Source of the DNA: Microbulbifer sp. GL-2
GTDB lineage: Bacteria > Pseudomonadota > Gammaproteobacteria > Pseudomonadales > Cellvibrionaceae
Reading direction: 5' to 3'
Assembly (NCBI RefSeq): GCF_007183175.1
Contig: NZ_AP019807.1
Location: 2,403,785-2,443,784 of the forward strand
DNA: 40,000 nt
How positions within the stretch are numbered: position 1 is the first letter of the stretch; the number at the start of each line of letters is the position of its first letter. Both the position numbers and the translations under genes were made by a program. Below, piece after piece: positions 8,882-16,321 of this stretch. The notes under the pieces were generated by a model. It saw only the letters and a list, made by a program, of their open reading frames with translations, was not told the DNA's origin and did no database searches.

Positions 8882-9718
8882 ATGGAAGGTAATAAAGAAA
8901 TAGAAATTGGCAGGACCGAAGAATTCATATCTTACGACCTCGCTATTTTAAAAGATCAAGGTAAGTGGAAGAAATACTGTCGAGTTGTCGCTAATGCTAT
9001 GTCTGCAATACCTTGGATAGGACAAGTTCTATCGACCGGAGCTTCGGTTCATGGGGAACGTGAACAAGGAAAAGTAAACGAATTACACGAAGAGTGGTTG
9101 AAAGTTCACAAGGCGAAAGTTGAGCTTCTTATGTTGGCGCTTGACGAAATGGCTAGTCGCTTAGATTCCGTTCATGAAGACTATGAAGAAAGAATACAAT
9201 CTGACGAATACCTCGGCTTGGTTCGGCGTGCATTTCGATCTTGGGATGCGTCAGAAACAGAAGAAAAGAGAGCTTATGTAGTAAACCTGATTTCGAATGC
9301 TGCTGCATCACACCTTTGTCCTGATGATCAAGTTAGGCTTTTTAATGATTGGTTAGATTTGTACCATGAAATTCATTTCAAAGTTATCAGAGCAATCTAT
9401 CAAAGCCCTGGAATCACCAGATTTGGAATATGGCAAACTGTTAGTCACGAAATGCCCAGAGAAGATAGTGCTGAAGCTGATCTATTTAAACTGCTTATAA
9501 GAGATCTGAGCACTGGTGGCGTTATAAGACAGTCTCGGCAAACTACACATGACGGTCAATTTCAAAAACAAAGCACTAAAGGGAAAAAGCGCACAGCGGG
9601 TAGCGGAACAATGGAATCTGCATTTGAAAATACTAAGCCTTACGAGTTGACGCAATTAGGTGAGCAATTTGTTCACTACACAATGAATCAAGTAGTAAAG
9701 AGAATAGGCAATGCCTAA
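8882..9718 (+). CDS. Cassette 1: hypothetical 278-aa protein, possibly Abi_alpha/DUF4393-like
   Basis: Clean ORF whose TAA lies inside the attC TAAC box. The segment EEKRAYVVNLISNAAAS...FNDWLDLY loosely resembles the remembered 'lqemWAnLLAnAa' pattern of the abortive-infection alpha family. This is weak. Confidence 0.6.
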   Translation: MEGNKEIEIGRTEEFISYDLAILKDQGKWKKYCRVVANAMSAIPWIGQVLSTGASVHGEREQGKVNELHEEWLKVHKAKVELLMLALDEMASRLDSVHEDYEERIQSDEYLGLVRRAFRSWDASETEEKRAYVVNLISNAAASHLCPDDQVRLFNDWLDLYHEIHFKVIRAIYQSPGITRFGIWQTVSHEMPREDSAEADLFKLLIRDLSTGGVIRQSRQTTHDGQFQKQSTKGKKRTAGSGTMESAFENTKPYELTQLGEQFVHYTMNQVVKRIGNA

Positions 9719-9769
9719 CAAAGCAAAGCAGCGGATTCGCTTCGCTCTCCGCTGTTTGCGGCGTTATGT
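9713..9769 (+). repeat. attC 1 (57 bp)
   Basis: gcctaac aaagcaaagcagcgg ... ccgctgtttgc ggc gttatgt. R''/L'' pair with L'/R', with an extrahelical base. Confidence 0.85.
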
Positions 9770-9790
9770 GTAAAAGTAAGCGGAGAGATT

Positions 9791-10030
9791 ATGAAAGCTG
9801 TGCTTATCGGGCTACTGAAAGTTATCGCTTTTTGCTTGGCATGGTTTCTTGTGGTCTTAATCTTGTCCACTTTGTACGTAGGCATTGGGCAGTGTGTTAC
9901 AGATGAATGTGGCCCGCCACCGTCCTGGTGGGAAAACTACCTCTTTGTGGTTATCTCTATTGGGCCGCCGACTATCTATGCCTTATACGCTTTTAAGCGG
10001 CTAAGGGGGCAGTATGAAACAAACACATAA
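9791..10030 (+). CDS. Cassette 2: small membrane protein (79 aa, 2 predicted TM segments)
   Basis: Hydrophobic stretches LLKVIAFCLAWFLVVLILSTLYV and YLFVVISIGPPTIYALYAF. The stop lies in the attC TAAC box. Confidence 0.6.
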   Translation: MKAVLIGLLKVIAFCLAWFLVVLILSTLYVGIGQCVTDECGPPPSWWENYLFVVISIGPPTIYALYAFKRLRGQYETNT

Positions 10031-10114
10031 CAAGCAGCGGCACAATCGCCCGCAAAAGACGCGGGCTGGACTCACTACGCTGCGCTCCGTTCGCCTGTGC
10101 GCTGGGCGTTAGAG
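10025..10114 (+). repeat. attC 2 (90 bp)
   Basis: acataacaagcagcggcaca ... tgtgcgctgggcgttagag. Confidence 0.8.
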
Positions 10115-10119
10115 AACCA

Positions 10120-10503
10120 ATGAATAACGAACACAGGGCGCGGGATTGGATTAACTTTATTTTAGAGAGGTGTCAATTCCCTGATGCACAAGCGCTAAAA
10201 AATCACCTGGATAAAGCCGTATTTTCTGAGTTCTGTCAATGCGGTTGTAATAGCTTCAAGGTCCTGGTCCCGACTTTTACCAAAGCAATTGCAGTTCCAG
10301 GTAAGTATGGTGTAATTTTTGAAGCAAACTTTAATCTTGCAGAAGCCGGTAAAACGTTAGAGGTCCTAATATTCTCAGGGAAATCAGGAATGGTTGAATA
10401 CATAGAGATAGACTGTTGTGGTAACAGCTTGCCTGTTCCAGAAGTAGTTGAGGTTGTTGGGGAACCGTTTCATGTCAGTGCCGGTAGTGCGCTCGTTCTC
10501 TAA
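10120..10503 (+). CDS. Cassette 3: hypothetical protein (127 aa)
   Basis: The ORF fills the cassette. The stop lies in the attC TAAC box. Confidence 0.6.
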   Translation: MNNEHRARDWINFILERCQFPDAQALKNHLDKAVFSEFCQCGCNSFKVLVPTFTKAIAVPGKYGVIFEANFNLAEAGKTLEVLIFSGKSGMVEYIEIDCCGNSLPVPEVVEVVGEPFHVSAGSALVL

Positions 10504-10578
10504 CAAAAGCCGGCACAAGCGCGCACTTCGTGCGCTGGACTCGCAACAAGTTGCTCGCCTGTGCGGCGGGCGTTATAC
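10498..10578 (+). repeat. attC 3 (81 bp)
   Basis: ctctaacaaaagccggcacaag ... ctgtgcggcgggcgttatac. Confidence 0.8.
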
Positions 10579-10609
10579 CTTTAGTGCCAATAGTATAGAT
10601 AGAGTGATA

Positions 10610-11092
10610 ATGCGAGAAACTGAAGAGTTTTATTTTTTCTGGAAACATCAATTTGGTCAGTGGACCTTACGCGATATGATTGATCCGGATGGTATTGTTT
10701 ACAATTGTTGTGAGCAGTACATGATGTACAAGAAGGCGCTACTATTTGGTGATAAATATACTGCAAAGAATATCATGGAAGAATCAGAGCCTTCGATTCA
10801 ACAAAAGCTAGGGAGAGAAGTTAGTGGCTACAACTCAGAATTATGGAATATGCATAAATTTGGTATTGTTTGGTATGGGAATTATTTAAAGTTCACTCAG
10901 CACGCTGATTTGGGTGAAAGATTAATCGAAACAGGCCAAAAAACAATTGCTGAAGCATCTCCCTATGACCTAGTTTGGGGGGTTGGGTATGCAGCAGACA
11001 CTAAAGAAATACTTAATCCTAATATGTGGCGCGGGAAAAACTTATTGGGCCAAGTCTTAATGTCTGTAAGGTCTGCTATTTCAAAAAATTGA
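10610..11092 (+). CDS. Cassette 4: NADAR (YbiA/DUF1768) family protein (160 aa)
   Basis: FYFFWKH..FGQW, CEQYMMYKKALLFGD, KLGREV, ASPYDLVWGVG and WRGKNLLGQVLMSVR match the NADAR family pattern. The start is taken at the first ATG after attC 3, because the track ORF from 10448 reads through the attC. Confidence 0.8.
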   Translation: MRETEEFYFFWKHQFGQWTLRDMIDPDGIVYNCCEQYMMYKKALLFGDKYTAKNIMEESEPSIQQKLGREVSGYNSELWNMHKFGIVWYGNYLKFTQHADLGERLIETGQKTIAEASPYDLVWGVGYAADTKEILNPNMWRGKNLLGQVLMSVRSAISKN

Positions 11093-11098
11093 ACACAA

Positions 11099-11191
11099 GT
11101 ATAACAAACCGTTGAAGCGGACATTTGCAAGCGTGGTTCGCTCTCGCTCACTTTACCATGCTTGCAATTGCCGCTTAACGGAGCGTTAACT
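11099..11191 (+). repeat. attC 4 (93 bp)
   Basis: gtataacaaaccgttgaagcggacatttgcaagc ... gcttgcaattgccgcttaacggagcgttaact. Confidence 0.8.
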
Positions 11192-11195
11192 GCAT

Positions 11196-11501
11196 ATGGA
11201 TCTGACCTACTACAAGAGAGTCTGGGAAGAAACGAGGGGTGATGAATACAGCTCCTGGGGAACTTCGGTTTGGTACTTTGCCATTTGCAAGCGCTCTGGA
11301 ATTACACGCGAGCAGATAGAGGTTTATGAAAATGGCAATGCGTGTTTCTATGATGAAGATACCAACTTACATGATCAATATGGTGGCCTATCAGAGATAC
11401 CCTTTGATTTAAACGAGTGGAAGGCATACGAAATCTCACAACTTGATTATGAACACCTCAAAAGAACCACTACATTCATTAATAGCAAGCAAGGCAGTTA
11501 A
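11196..11501 (+). CDS. Cassette 5: hypothetical small soluble protein (101 aa)
   Basis: The ORF fills the cassette. The stop lies in the attC TAAC box. Confidence 0.6.
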   Translation: MDLTYYKRVWEETRGDEYSSWGTSVWYFAICKRSGITREQIEVYENGNACFYDEDTNLHDQYGGLSEIPFDLNEWKAYEISQLDYEHLKRTTTFINSKQGS

Positions 11502-11585
11502 CAAGCCGCAGCAATCGCTCCCGCTGGTCGCTGGGACAGCCAAAACGCTGCGCTTATTTGTCCGCCGCTGTGCGGGGCGTTAAGC
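11496..11585 (+). repeat. attC 5 (90 bp)
   Basis: agttaacaagccgcagc ... gccgctgtgcggggcgttaagc. Confidence 0.8.
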
Positions 11586-11589
11586 ATCT

Positions 11590-11991
11590 ATGAAGCTGAG
11601 TCGTCCAATCAGAATAATTCTCGGAGTTCTAATACTTCCTCCATTGCTATTGGGTATTTTGCTTGTCATAGCTTTAGTATGGCCAACTGACCCACTACCT
11701 ATTGAAGAAGTATTTTTAGGTGTTTGTGGCGATGAGTTTAAATCAGAGTATGTTGTTGGAGATAGGCCTCACTCTTATTCAATAGCACCACAAGGAGCCT
11801 GGTACGACGAAACTAGTGAGATTAAAGTTTCTCCGGAGGCTGCCACGAAAATATACAATAAGCTAAGCGACAATAATGAGTTTACATATAAAGATGGCTA
11901 TTTTGAAAAATTTGTCGTTGGCAAGATTCTGGCTAACTGTAAAATCAATACAGAATCTGGCCAAATACAATACACATATGTTTTGTGGTAG
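11590..11991 (+). CDS. Cassette 6: hypothetical protein with N-terminal TM anchor (133 aa)
   Basis: N-terminal IRIILGVLILPPLLLGILLVIALVW. Confidence 0.6.
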   Translation: MKLSRPIRIILGVLILPPLLLGILLVIALVWPTDPLPIEEVFLGVCGDEFKSEYVVGDRPHSYSIAPQGAWYDETSEIKVSPEAATKIYNKLSDNNEFTYKDGYFEKFVVGKILANCKINTESGQIQYTYVLW

Positions 11992-11998
11992 CGCCCAT

Positions 11999-12091
11999 GC
12001 TTAACAAGTTGCTGAAGTACACTCCGGGCCTGTGGCCCTCCGCGGGACAGCCTACGCGTTGCTTCGGCTGCCCCTTAGCAAGGCGTTAGGC
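11999..12091 (+). repeat. attC 6 (93 bp)
   Basis: gcttaacaagttgctgaag ... ccttagcaaggcgttaggc, with an extrahelical G. Confidence 0.85.
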
Positions 12092-12097
12092 ATCCAT

Positions 12098-12514
12098 ATG
12101 GAACCAGTTCAAATATTTTACGCAGCCATTTATTTTCTCCTATTGGGTGTGCCATTTGTTGTTGCTTACTGGGTAAGAAAACGAGCGGTTTCGTTGCGAA
12201 GCTTTTCCCTCGTGGTTGTCGTATCGGCCGCCATTATGAGCGGTGTTGTTATTGTTCAATGGTTAGGGTATGACATATACCTTGGCTACAGGGTTGCTTC
12301 TTTAGATCGAGATGGGGATGGTTTTTGGACTGCTGAGGAAACGGCTACTTGGTCGGCTTCCGATCAAAAATATATGGACGCTTATATCGGCGATGGTGGG
12401 CGTAACGTCTTTGCTGCAATTATATTCCCGATACTGTCTGTTATTTATTCGCTCCTTGCTTCTTTACTTTATTTCTACATCGCATGGTTTATATCTAGGC
12501 GTAAAAATGCCTAA
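12098..12514 (+). CDS. Cassette 7: integral membrane protein (138 aa, 3-4 TM segments)
   Basis: Start at the ATG after attC 6, because the track ORF from 12032 reads through the attC. Contains several long hydrophobic segments. Confidence 0.6.
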   Translation: MEPVQIFYAAIYFLLLGVPFVVAYWVRKRAVSLRSFSLVVVVSAAIMSGVVIVQWLGYDIYLGYRVASLDRDGDGFWTAEETATWSASDQKYMDAYIGDGGRNVFAAIIFPILSVIYSLLASLLYFYIAWFISRRKNA

Positions 12515-12612
12515 CAAACTAATCAACAAGGACCTACACTGCGTTGCTCGTTTTGTGCTTAAATAGCACAAAACAACCAACTCCGTTTCGGCCCGTTATT
12601 AGGGCGTTATAT
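12509..12612 (+). repeat. attC 7 (104 bp)
   Basis: gcctaacaaactaatc ... cccgttattagggcgttatat. Confidence 0.75.
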
Positions 12613-12955
12613 GCCTGGAGATCGAATGGATATTATCGAACCTGAGTCTATAGAAGTTCTCAGTTTATCCCCCTATGAACATATTCATTATAAGGATAGT
12701 GAAGGCCGTGATTTTTTGGTCCTTCATCAGGAGGTCGGGTTTTTTGGCTATTCTGAGGTTATAATTCTAACTAATGAAGAATCTCGAAAATTAGATCAAG
12801 AAAAATCAAAGTTCATTAAAAGGTTACTTGCCACATTTGATCTTAAAACTAAAACATTTGGATTTCACAAAAATCAACGATGTGTGCCGGACTTTAAGAG
12901 TTGGCCATGTGTTAAAGTTGCATTAGATAAATGGCATGGTAGAGCAAGCATATAA
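12611..12955 (+). CDS. Cassette 8: hypothetical protein (114 aa; alternative start at 12626)
   Basis: The ORF fills the cassette. The first ATG overlaps the attC R' box. Confidence 0.55.
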   Translation: MPGDRMDIIEPESIEVLSLSPYEHIHYKDSEGRDFLVLHQEVGFFGYSEVIILTNEESRKLDQEKSKFIKRLLATFDLKTKTFGFHKNQRCVPDFKSWPCVKVALDKWHGRASI

Positions 12956-13093
12956 CAAAGCCGGGCAAAATGCTCCGGGCCATGAGCCCTGCGCGGGACA
13001 GCTTACCTTGTGCGTGTTTTGCGCGGGTCGCTGTGCTCACATTTTCGCGCAAAATGCGCACAAGGTAAGCTGCCCCTGCCGGCGGCGTTAAAT
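12950..13093 (+). repeat. attC 8 (144 bp, long variable region)
   Basis: atataacaaagccgggc ... gcccctgccggcggcgttaaat. The internal arms cttaccttgtgcg.../...cgcacaaggtaag pair with each other. Confidence 0.8.
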
Positions 13094-13104
13094 TATTTTA
13101 AGGA

Positions 13105-13587
13105 ATGTTGGGTAATATGAAAAAATTATTTTTGTTTTTGATGGCTGTCATACTTTCTTCTTGTACTAGCGTTTATGTCCCCCCGAACATGGAAGGGAAT
13201 GCAACAGTTGAGATACAACAAGAAAATTTAAAGTTGATGCAAATTTATTTGAATGGAGATGACTGTTCAAATAAGGTTTTTATGCCAGAAGAGAGTAATT
13301 TTCTTATAGGAAAAAATAAACCTCTAGTGTTGACAGCAAATAAAGAAATTGCCTTTCATGTGGAGTCTAATGATTTTTATTCATACTGCTCGCAAAAGGT
13401 ATCTTTTTTGCCAAAGCCTGACCAGCAGTACATCCTTAAGTTCAAGACGGCCTCAAATAAGTGTTATGTGAATTTAGTGCGAAAAGAAATTGATGATGGT
13501 AAGGTTGTTGAAGTATCAGAGCCCACTTTTCGAAAGAGAGTCCCTCGAATTCCGGTAATGGAAAGCGGTTCTTTTTGTAAGGCCTAG
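13105..13587 (+). CDS. Cassette 9: predicted lipoprotein (160 aa; alternative start at 13117)
   Basis: Signal peptide MKKLFLFLMAVILSSC with a lipobox-like LSSC. Confidence 0.6.
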   Translation: MLGNMKKLFLFLMAVILSSCTSVYVPPNMEGNATVEIQQENLKLMQIYLNGDDCSNKVFMPEESNFLIGKNKPLVLTANKEIAFHVESNDFYSYCSQKVSFLPKPDQQYILKFKTASNKCYVNLVRKEIDDGKVVEVSEPTFRKRVPRIPVMESGSFCKA

Positions 13588-13614
13588 AAAGAATCATGTA
13601 GAAAGAGTAAGTTG

Positions 13615-13691
13615 ATTTAACAAGTAAAGGCACCTGACACCAAAACCTCCACTTTGCTCTGGTTTTACTGCAGGTGCTTTAAGCGTTATGT
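13615..13691 (+). repeat. attC 9 (77 bp)
   Basis: atttaacaagtaaaggcacctg ... caggtgctttaagcgttatgt. Confidence 0.8.
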
Positions 13692-13712
13692 TGTTTCCGA
13701 GTTCAATGCAAA

Positions 13713-14192
13713 ATGAAGATAATTCAAACTATATTTTTCGTAATAATCATAAGTAATCTAACGGCTTGCTCGATGAAAGCTGAAAAATTGGTTCACGCTG
13801 AAGACCCCAGTTTAACTAAAGTATGCCGTAATGCTTTTATCGATTGGCGTTCAGCATCTCACATGGTTGATTACTATAATTATAAGTGTGCACAGAGAGC
13901 AATTAAGCAAGGTTACTTGCTTAAGGATTCAAACCTTACTTCTAAGGATTTTTCAATACCTGAAGCACCTTCGGGAGCAAACTGGAATGAAGTGTTAGCG
14001 CTCGAAGAGCTAAGTGCTGGTCGAATAACCAAAGAGAAATATGGGTACATTCTGGGGCTGTTGGAAATGGAGTATCGAGCAAAAGTTTCAAAAGCAAAAT
14101 CAGAGTTCGAATCGGGTAAAATAACCAAGAAAAAATTTGATAACATTAAAAAAGAAGCAGCTGAAGTATTCTATGGGGTGCCGACAACATAA
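13713..14192 (+). CDS. Cassette 10: predicted lipoprotein (159 aa)
   Basis: MKIIQTIFFVIIISNLTAC, with lipobox LTAC. Confidence 0.6.
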   Translation: MKIIQTIFFVIIISNLTACSMKAEKLVHAEDPSLTKVCRNAFIDWRSASHMVDYYNYKCAQRAIKQGYLLKDSNLTSKDFSIPEAPSGANWNEVLALEELSAGRITKEKYGYILGLLEMEYRAKVSKAKSEFESGKITKKKFDNIKKEAAEVFYGVPTT

Positions 14193-14232
14193 CAATCAGC
14201 GGCAGAGCGACAGCCAACGCTGGGCGTTATGT
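14187..14232 (+). repeat. attC 10 (46 bp, unusually short)
   Basis: acataacaatcagcggcagagcgacagccaacgctgggcgttatgt. Near-identical to attC 11. Confidence 0.7.
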
Positions 14233-14248
14233 GATTTGAGAGAACGCA

Positions 14249-15424
14249 ATGAAAGCCTTATCATTTTTAATAGTCCCTTTGGTGCTTTCTTCAATTAATA
14301 GCCTTGCTTCGGAAGCAAACCCAATTACGCAGATCGACAAATTTTTAAAAAGGCATGTGGACGAAATAAGAAAATCCGAAAATCTGGTCGGTCTTGGTGC
14401 GGTAGTCATTCAGGACAGCAAGATCATTGGACTTTCGGTTAGCGGCGAGCGTAAAAAAGGCGATGGTGTTCTCGTCTCACAGCAGGACCTATGGCATATT
14501 GGTTCCATTACTAAATCTTTTACGGCTACGATGATTGCTCGCCTGATTGAAAAAGGTGATTTGAAGTGGGATACATCTATCAAAGATGTCTTTCCTGACG
14601 AAAAGGACATCCATACAGAATGGAATGATGTGACTCTAGGCAACCTGCTTGCACATACATCGGGAGCAACACCCAATTTCTCGCTTTTGGTTAGCTTAAA
14701 AAATCCAAACGCTGGTAGTGAAAGAACGGCTGCAAGAGAATCAGCAGTGCGATATATACTCTCTCAGCGGCCTGAAGTAACGCCAGGTGGCACCTTTGTA
14801 TATTCAAATGTCGGATATACGATTGCAGGTGTAATAGCTGAAAAGAAGGCAGGAGTTTCATGGGAAAATTTAATTAGAAAAGAGGTTTTTTCACCTCTAG
14901 GGATTGAGAGTGGCGGCTTTGGTGCCCCTAAAGACATAGAGGGGAAATTGAGTCAGCCATGGGGGCATAAAAAATTATTTGGTTTTACTAAGAGTGGAAA
15001 AGATGATAACACGCCAATAATTGGACCTGCTGGTACAATACATTTATCGCTTAATGATTTGGCGTTGTATGCTGATGAACATCTTCAAGGCATACAAGGG
15101 CGTAGTTCATTCCTCAAAAGAGAATCGTTTCAGCGTCTACATCATCCAAACCTTAATAGCTATGCTTATGGCTGGGTAATTGGTCCACCGGAAGAGTTAG
15201 GTGTTGGTAATGTTCATTGGCACAACGGCTCAAATACTATGTGGTATGCATTGCTTGTAATTTTACCAGATATCAATGCCGCGATAGCCATAACTTCTAA
15301 TGACGGAAACTTTAAAGTTTCCGAGTATTCTGCTTGGGAAATAGTCAAGCGTTTAGCAAAACCGTTAGAGATTGCACATAAAGAATCTATGAGCTTGGAC
15401 GCTATAAAGAGCACCGGTTATTGA
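14249..15424 (+). CDS. Cassette 11 gene a: secreted serine hydrolase of the beta-lactamase (class C / family VIII esterase / DD-peptidase) fold
   Basis: Signal peptide MKALSFLIVPLVLSSINSLASEA. SxxK motif in GSITKSF, YxN motif in VYSNVGY, and an H-N-G third motif in WHNGSN. Confidence 0.8.
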   Translation: MKALSFLIVPLVLSSINSLASEANPITQIDKFLKRHVDEIRKSENLVGLGAVVIQDSKIIGLSVSGERKKGDGVLVSQQDLWHIGSITKSFTATMIARLIEKGDLKWDTSIKDVFPDEKDIHTEWNDVTLGNLLAHTSGATPNFSLLVSLKNPNAGSERTAARESAVRYILSQRPEVTPGGTFVYSNVGYTIAGVIAEKKAGVSWENLIRKEVFSPLGIESGGFGAPKDIEGKLSQPWGHKKLFGFTKSGKDDNTPIIGPAGTIHLSLNDLALYADEHLQGIQGRSSFLKRESFQRLHHPNLNSYAYGWVIGPPEELGVGNVHWHNGSNTMWYALLVILPDINAAIAITSNDGNFKVSEYSAWEIVKRLAKPLEIAHKESMSLDAIKSTGY

Positions 15425-15452
15425 GGCTTTATGTGAGCACAAGGAAAGAGCT

Positions 15453-15860
15453 ATGGGCGTAAATCTGAAAGAGATTGATGGAGTAAAAATTCAGCCAAAA
15501 CACTTAGCCTCATGTCACTGCGGCTTTGTAAAAATTGAACTGGATCTACCTGATGGTCTTATTGATCTTCGGCGTTGTGATTGCTCTTTGTGCCGCAGGA
15601 GAGGTGCAATCGCCGCATCAGTATCGCTAGATGGCATTAATGTCTTAGAAGGGCAGGAACATTTAAAGCTCTATCAATTCAATACTAATACAGCGAAACA
15701 CTATTTCTGCGGTAATTGCGGTATTTACACACATCACCAAAGACGCTCTAATCCTACTCAATACGGTTTCAATGTGGCGTGCCTGGAGGGTGTAAATCCT
15801 CTCAAAATCGGTGGTGTCCCAACATACGATGGGGTAAACCATCCGGCGGACCGAGGGTAA
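15453..15860 (+). CDS. Cassette 11 gene b: GFA (CENP-V / glutathione-dependent formaldehyde-activating) family Zn-Cys protein
   Basis: Cys pattern CHCG...CDCSLCRRRG...FCGNCG is typical of the GFA domain. No attC lies between this gene and the hydrolase. Confidence 0.75.
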   Translation: MGVNLKEIDGVKIQPKHLASCHCGFVKIELDLPDGLIDLRRCDCSLCRRRGAIAASVSLDGINVLEGQEHLKLYQFNTNTAKHYFCGNCGIYTHHQRRSNPTQYGFNVACLEGVNPLKIGGVPTYDGVNHPADRG

Positions 15861-15863
15861 CTC

Positions 15864-15909
15864 ACATAACAATCAGCGGCAGAGCGACAGCCAACGCTGA
15901 GCGTTAAGT
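15864..15909 (+). repeat. attC 11 (46 bp)
   Basis: acataacaatcagcggcagagcgacagccaacgctgagcgttaagt. Differs from attC 10 at 2-3 positions. Confidence 0.7.
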
Positions 15910-15922
15910 TTACAGAAATACT

Positions 15923-16321
15923 ATGGATTTAAGCTGGAACCCATTTCCTGAGTATCGAAACTTCTCTTTTAATGCGATCCATGACGACTCGGAGGGTTTT
16001 CGAATACTTTTAGAGGCCAACTGTGACAGGTTCTCTAATAAGCAAGCATTACGTATAAGGTTTCCGCTGGCTGGCCCTATGTACTACCACCGATCAGATG
16101 ATAGCTTTTTATTATCGCCTGAAAGTACGATAGGTAATCCAGGCGTTACATTTCAGCGAACAAGAGCATCAGATTTAATTGAGCGATTTCACATGTTTAG
16201 CTGCAATATTTATCGAGAAGATTCTATTGTTCATTATTGTATTTATACTGATAATGAGTGTATTGAGGTTCTATCAGTAGTTGAACCCATCTGTGAAAAT
16301 TTGTGGCACCAGAAAACTTAA
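15923..16321 (+). CDS. Cassette 12: hypothetical protein (132 aa)
   Basis: ORF directly after attC 11. Its stop lies in a TTAAC AA box. Confidence 0.55.
   Translation: MDLSWNPFPEYRNFSFNAIHDDSEGFRILLEANCDRFSNKQALRIRFPLAGPMYYHRSDDSFLLSPESTIGNPGVTFQRTRASDLIERFHMFSCNIYREDSIVHYCIYTDNECIEVLSVVEPICENLWHQKT

Noticed and set aside
10448-10609. The track ORFs starting at 10448 and 12032 suggest longer N-termini for the NADAR and membrane-protein cassettes
   Set aside because: The extensions are translations of the attC palindromes (Arg/Ala/Leu-rich) and overlap the preceding cassette. The first ATG after the attC R' box was used instead.
14249-15424. Calling the cassette hydrolase an antibiotic-resistance beta-lactamase
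   Set aside because: The SxxK/YxN/HxG motifs only place it in the broad serine-hydrolase fold, which includes esterases and DD-peptidases. Resistance cannot be inferred from the sequence alone.
9713-15909. Regularly spaced repeats separated by unique ~250-1650 bp segments could be mistaken for a CRISPR array
   Set aside because: The repeats vary in length from 46 to 144 bp. They are imperfect palindromes bounded by TAAC.../...GTTA boxes, and the intervening segments are whole ORFs. No cas genes are present. They are attC sites.
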